Source: a virus. Taken from it: a DNA stretch of 64,000 nucleotides. The notes beneath the pieces were generated by a model. The model was not told the DNA's origin and did no database searches. It saw nothing but the letters and a program-made list of their open reading frames with translations. Each line of letters begins with the position of its first letter. The stretch's first letter is position 1. Positions 63,025-64,000 of this stretch are shown here, piece by piece. The stretch lies in the IMG/VR virus record IMGVR_UViG_3300032516_000005; one strand, given 5' to 3'. The translations under genes and the position numbers were made by a program.

Positions 63025-63285
63025 CTAGCGTCTTCCCTTCGAGCTAGCGCACGCCTTTTCGATCATGCGCCAACCTTTGGCTGTCGGTTGGTAACGTTCC
63101 GGTCCCGGTCCACCTGTTGCCGTCCAACCGATGAGTTTGTTGCGCTTGAGCCACGACAGCATCGTCTTCCGATCCTTGATCTGCACGTATTCACGCAGCT
63201 CACTGGCCGTGAACGAACGGTTGTGTGCCACCGTGCCGATCTTGCAGATCGACGTGACGGAAGGCTTGTAGCGACCTTTCGCCAT
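63025..63285 (-). CDS. small basic protein
   Basis: GGAG RBS. Confidence 0.6.
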   Translation of the reverse strand: MAKGRYKPSVTSICKIGTVAHNRSFTASELREYVQIKDRKTMLSWLKRNKLIGWTATGGPGPERYQPTAKGWRMIEKACASSKGRR

Positions 63286-63287
63286 GA

Positions 63288-63782
63288 CTAGCGACTCCTC
63301 TTGCGGCGGCGGCGCCCGATCGCAGCTCCGGCGTCATCGCGCACGCAGTGCATCGTGAACTCGTACGCTGCATCCTTGATCGCCGTTGCGGGCTTGTAAG
63401 CCTTGCCGCCAGCGTGCGTGCTCGCGTCGTACCGCCCGATCGCTTGCTGCATCTCGGCGTAGGACATCTGCGCAGCCGTACAGCGACCGTTGCGCGCCTT
63501 GTTGACAGTGTTCGCCGCGGCGTACTCGATGTCGCGCGATGCCCGTGAAGCCTCGGTGGTGTGTGTAGCTGCAGAGCTGCCGAGGCCGCTCCGCTTGGCG
63601 CTGACCTTGACGATGTTGCGCTCGTCAGCGATGCCCGGTGTCCCGTGCTTGCCACCCATGTTGAGCACCCAGCCACCGTGGCTGGAGCGCATCACGGCGC
63701 GCCCGGTGCGCTCCTTGCCGAACCGATCGACGATGGTGACACGGTCCCCAGGACGAACGTCGTTGATTGACTTGCGCGCCAT
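63288..63782 (-). CDS. two-domain protein: SH3-like domain, GLG, helical domain, IG+Arg tail
   Basis: RPGDRVTI; GLGS..TH..GRC..YDAS..CVRD; AIGRRRRKRSR. Confidence 0.7.
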   Translation of the reverse strand: MARKSINDVRPGDRVTIVDRFGKERTGRAVMRSSHGGWVLNMGGKHGTPGIADERNIVKVSAKRSGLGSSAATHTTEASRASRDIEYAAANTVNKARNGRCTAAQMSYAEMQQAIGRYDASTHAGGKAYKPATAIKDAAYEFTMHCVRDDAGAAIGRRRRKRSR

Positions 63783-63784
63783 GA

Positions 63785-64000
63785 CTAGCGCTTTCCCTTC
63801 CGACGGCAGCGCTTGCCACGACAGCGCTTGCCAAGGCCGCCAGTGCTCCAACACTCGTTGCGATTGCACTCGGCGACGACCTTCTGCATGCCCGGCAGCC
63901 CGTGCGTGACCTTGCAGATCGCGTTCGGGAACTGCTTCGAGCACTTGTGGCCTGCAGCGAGCGCGGCACTTTCTGAGTTATGGAAGCTGCGCTTCCAGTG
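63785..64000 (-). CDS. partial gene (C-terminus) with GGLG+basic tail
   Basis: open to the window edge; ends WSTGGLGKRCRGKRCRRKGKR*. Confidence 0.65.
   Translation of the reverse strand, partial: HWKRSFHNSESAALAAGHKCSKQFPNAICKVTHGLPGMQKVVAECNRNECWSTGGLGKRCRGKRCRRKGKR

Noticed and set aside
1-64000. CRISPR array, retron or diversity-generating retroelement
   Set aside because: No regularly spaced repeats, no cas or reverse transcriptase gene, and no template/variable repeat pair seen
1-64000. Specific host or virus family assignment (e.g. myxobacterial host)
   Set aside because: Suggested only by GC content, ECF-type promoters and a few protein types; no hallmark capsid, polymerase or host gene in the window

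Overview
A GC-rich, densely coded 64-kb segment of what is most plausibly a large dsDNA bacteriophage genome. It carries about 100 mostly short genes and no host housekeeping genes, rRNA, canonical tRNA or CRISPR array, and I recognised no capsid or terminase gene. Recognisable products are two GHKL-ATPase/HExxH proteins, DUF2786 plus a SprT-like protein, a Nudix hydrolase, two GNATs, several ART-like and ParB-like proteins, DUF1643, HNH proteins, a tyrosine recombinase, a GT2, two lytic transglycosylases, a thaumatin-like lipoprotein, a MoxR-type AAA (with intein) plus a VWA/metallopeptidase, a SNF2 helicase, a membrane-anchored C39 peptidase and a Gp88-like protein (with intein). Five kinds of structure are visible in the raw DNA. 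(1) A 16-bp palindrome, GATCGCG-NN-CGCGATC, occurs about 16 times, usually a few nt upstream of a TAnnnT -10 box and often of a leaderless start codon. (2) Genes in or near those operons share an (L/F/I)G motif linked to Arg/Lys tracts at protein ends and domain borders, suggesting a processing or packaging signal on a set of virion-borne effector enzymes. (3) A separate gene class uses ECF-type promoters with an upstream CTCTYGCTTTG box. (4) A clean 166-bp inversion splits a fibre-like gene. (5) A 2.15-kb IS1595 element with three passenger genes and a 7-bp target duplication splits a gene. All family assignments come from motifs recognised by eye, not from database searches.
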